Sequence record: SRR31156797_8874
Reading direction: 5' to 3' (one strand)
Length of the DNA: 38,836 nucleotides
In this document: positions 37,833 to 38,836 of the stretch, one piece after another
Numbering within the stretch: the stretch's first letter is position 1
Layout of the letters: each line of letters starts with the position of its first letter
Translations under genes and position numbers: made by a program
The notes under the pieces: model-generated
What the model was told of the DNA's origin: nothing
The model's input: only the letters and a program-made list of their open reading frames with translations
The model's database searches: none

Positions 37833-38804
37833 ATGAAAGTGGCTGTGTGGGGAATTGGAAGGCATGCCTGCAAACACATATTGCCGGCTGTTAAAGATGC
37901 GGAATCTATCGAGCTGGTCGGTCTTTGCACCCGCGACCAGACGGTCGGTAAAGAGAACGCTGCTCTCAGGGACTGTTTTTATTTTCCATCCAGCGAGGAA
38001 ATGTTATCCGATCCAAATGTTGAAGCTGTTTTTCTTTGTACCCCAACCGGCCTGCATTTTTCACAAGGGAAATCAGTACTTCAAGCTGGAAAACACTTGT
38101 GGTGCGAGAAAACGCTTACAACCTCTTCAGCACATTCACACCAACTAATCGAACTGGCCCGAGATAAGAATCTCTTTGTTGGTGAGGCCTATATGTACAA
38201 GCACCATCAACAATTCAAAAAATTGAAAAAGGCAATAAAAACTATGCAGCTTGGCAGGCTAAAGCGACTCATTTGTCGGTTTTCAATCCCTGTTTTGGAT
38301 CAACCTGGCTTTCGTGTTATCCCGGGGTTGGGAGCAAGTGCATTGTTGGACGTTGGCTGTTACACTTTTTCTTTAGCATCTGAGTTGCTTGACGGCTACC
38401 CTGACTTTGAATTAATGGACTACCTGAAGGATGCAAAGGGTATTGACCAGGCAGGCTTTTGTGTCCTGGGTTATGAAGGTGGGAGCAAAGCTATTTTAGA
38501 CTGGAGCTATAATAGCTGCTACATCAATCAAGCTGAACTTTGGTTTGAAAGAGGGACAATTTTTACAGATAAAATTTTTTCAAAACCTGATGGCTACAGG
38601 CCAATTCTTATTATGCGATCAGCCAATGGTGATATTGAGAGCGAAGAGTTGCCTGCTGAAAACTGCTATGTAAATATGCTGAACCATTTCGCTTACTGCA
38701 GCACCAGGCTTGCTATCAATGATTTTGATGCCATTTTATTGACGTCTCAACTGCTCTCAGTCTTTGCCGAAAAGGCCGGGATGCCGAAACTTGACTGGAA
38801 ATAA
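37833..38804 (+). CDS. Gfo/Idh/MocA oxidoreductase resembling NDP-hexose 3-ketoreductases
   Basis: VWGIGRH...ILPA, HLWCEKTL, EAYMYKHHQQ, FSIP and ALLDVGCY motifs; ATG 37833. Confidence 0.78.
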   Translation: MKVAVWGIGRHACKHILPAVKDAESIELVGLCTRDQTVGKENAALRDCFYFPSSEEMLSDPNVEAVFLCTPTGLHFSQGKSVLQAGKHLWCEKTLTTSSAHSHQLIELARDKNLFVGEAYMYKHHQQFKKLKKAIKTMQLGRLKRLICRFSIPVLDQPGFRVIPGLGASALLDVGCYTFSLASELLDGYPDFELMDYLKDAKGIDQAGFCVLGYEGGSKAILDWSYNSCYINQAELWFERGTIFTDKIFSKPDGYRPILIMRSANGDIESEELPAENCYVNMLNHFAYCSTRLAINDFDAILLTSQLLSVFAEKAGMPKLDWK

Positions 38805-38836
38805 GGGTTAATTTTTTCACCAAAAGCTACTGCAAA

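Noticed and set aside
362-38148. Minus-strand and short alternate-frame ORFs in the track (e.g. 7096-7659, 1080-1463, 36101-36451)
   Set aside because: They overlap well-supported plus-strand genes and show no recognisable motifs; treated as shadow ORFs.
1-38836. CRISPR arrays, tRNA/rRNA genes, integron attC arrays, defence or toxin-antitoxin systems
   Set aside because: No regularly spaced repeats or RNA-gene signatures were seen; nearly all sequence is accounted for by glycan genes.

Overview
The window is a ~37.6 kb stretch of co-directional (+ strand) surface-polysaccharide biosynthesis genes (O-antigen, capsule or glycan), preceded by a decayed IS630 element (30-1156). It contains two separate ulosonic-acid modules. 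Module 1 (1177-4934) is gmhA, a short NeuB-family synthase lacking the SAF domain, a CMP-transferase, an SDR and a radical SAM/SPASM enzyme. Module 2 (7054-15182) is legionaminic-acid-like: legB, legC, a GT2-like protein, a full-length NeuB, a formyltransferase, a CMP-transferase, an oxidoreductase and a second aminotransferase. No neuC/legG or legH is recognisable in the window. Tailoring genes are two WbpG/PseA-type amidotransferases flanking a HisH/HisF pair, a sulfotransferase, a PtmE-like CBS-nucleotidyltransferase, three O-methyltransferase-like genes, a cupin, a sugar C-methyltransferase, a ketoreductase-like protein, a PIG-L deacetylase and a stand-alone GlmU acetyltransferase domain. 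Export and assembly genes are a PglK-type ABC flippase, a Wzy-like membrane protein, several glycosyltransferases and a MraY/WbpL-like initiating transferase. A wecB-like remnant and several intergenic palindromes are also visible. All calls come from motif reading; no searches were run.
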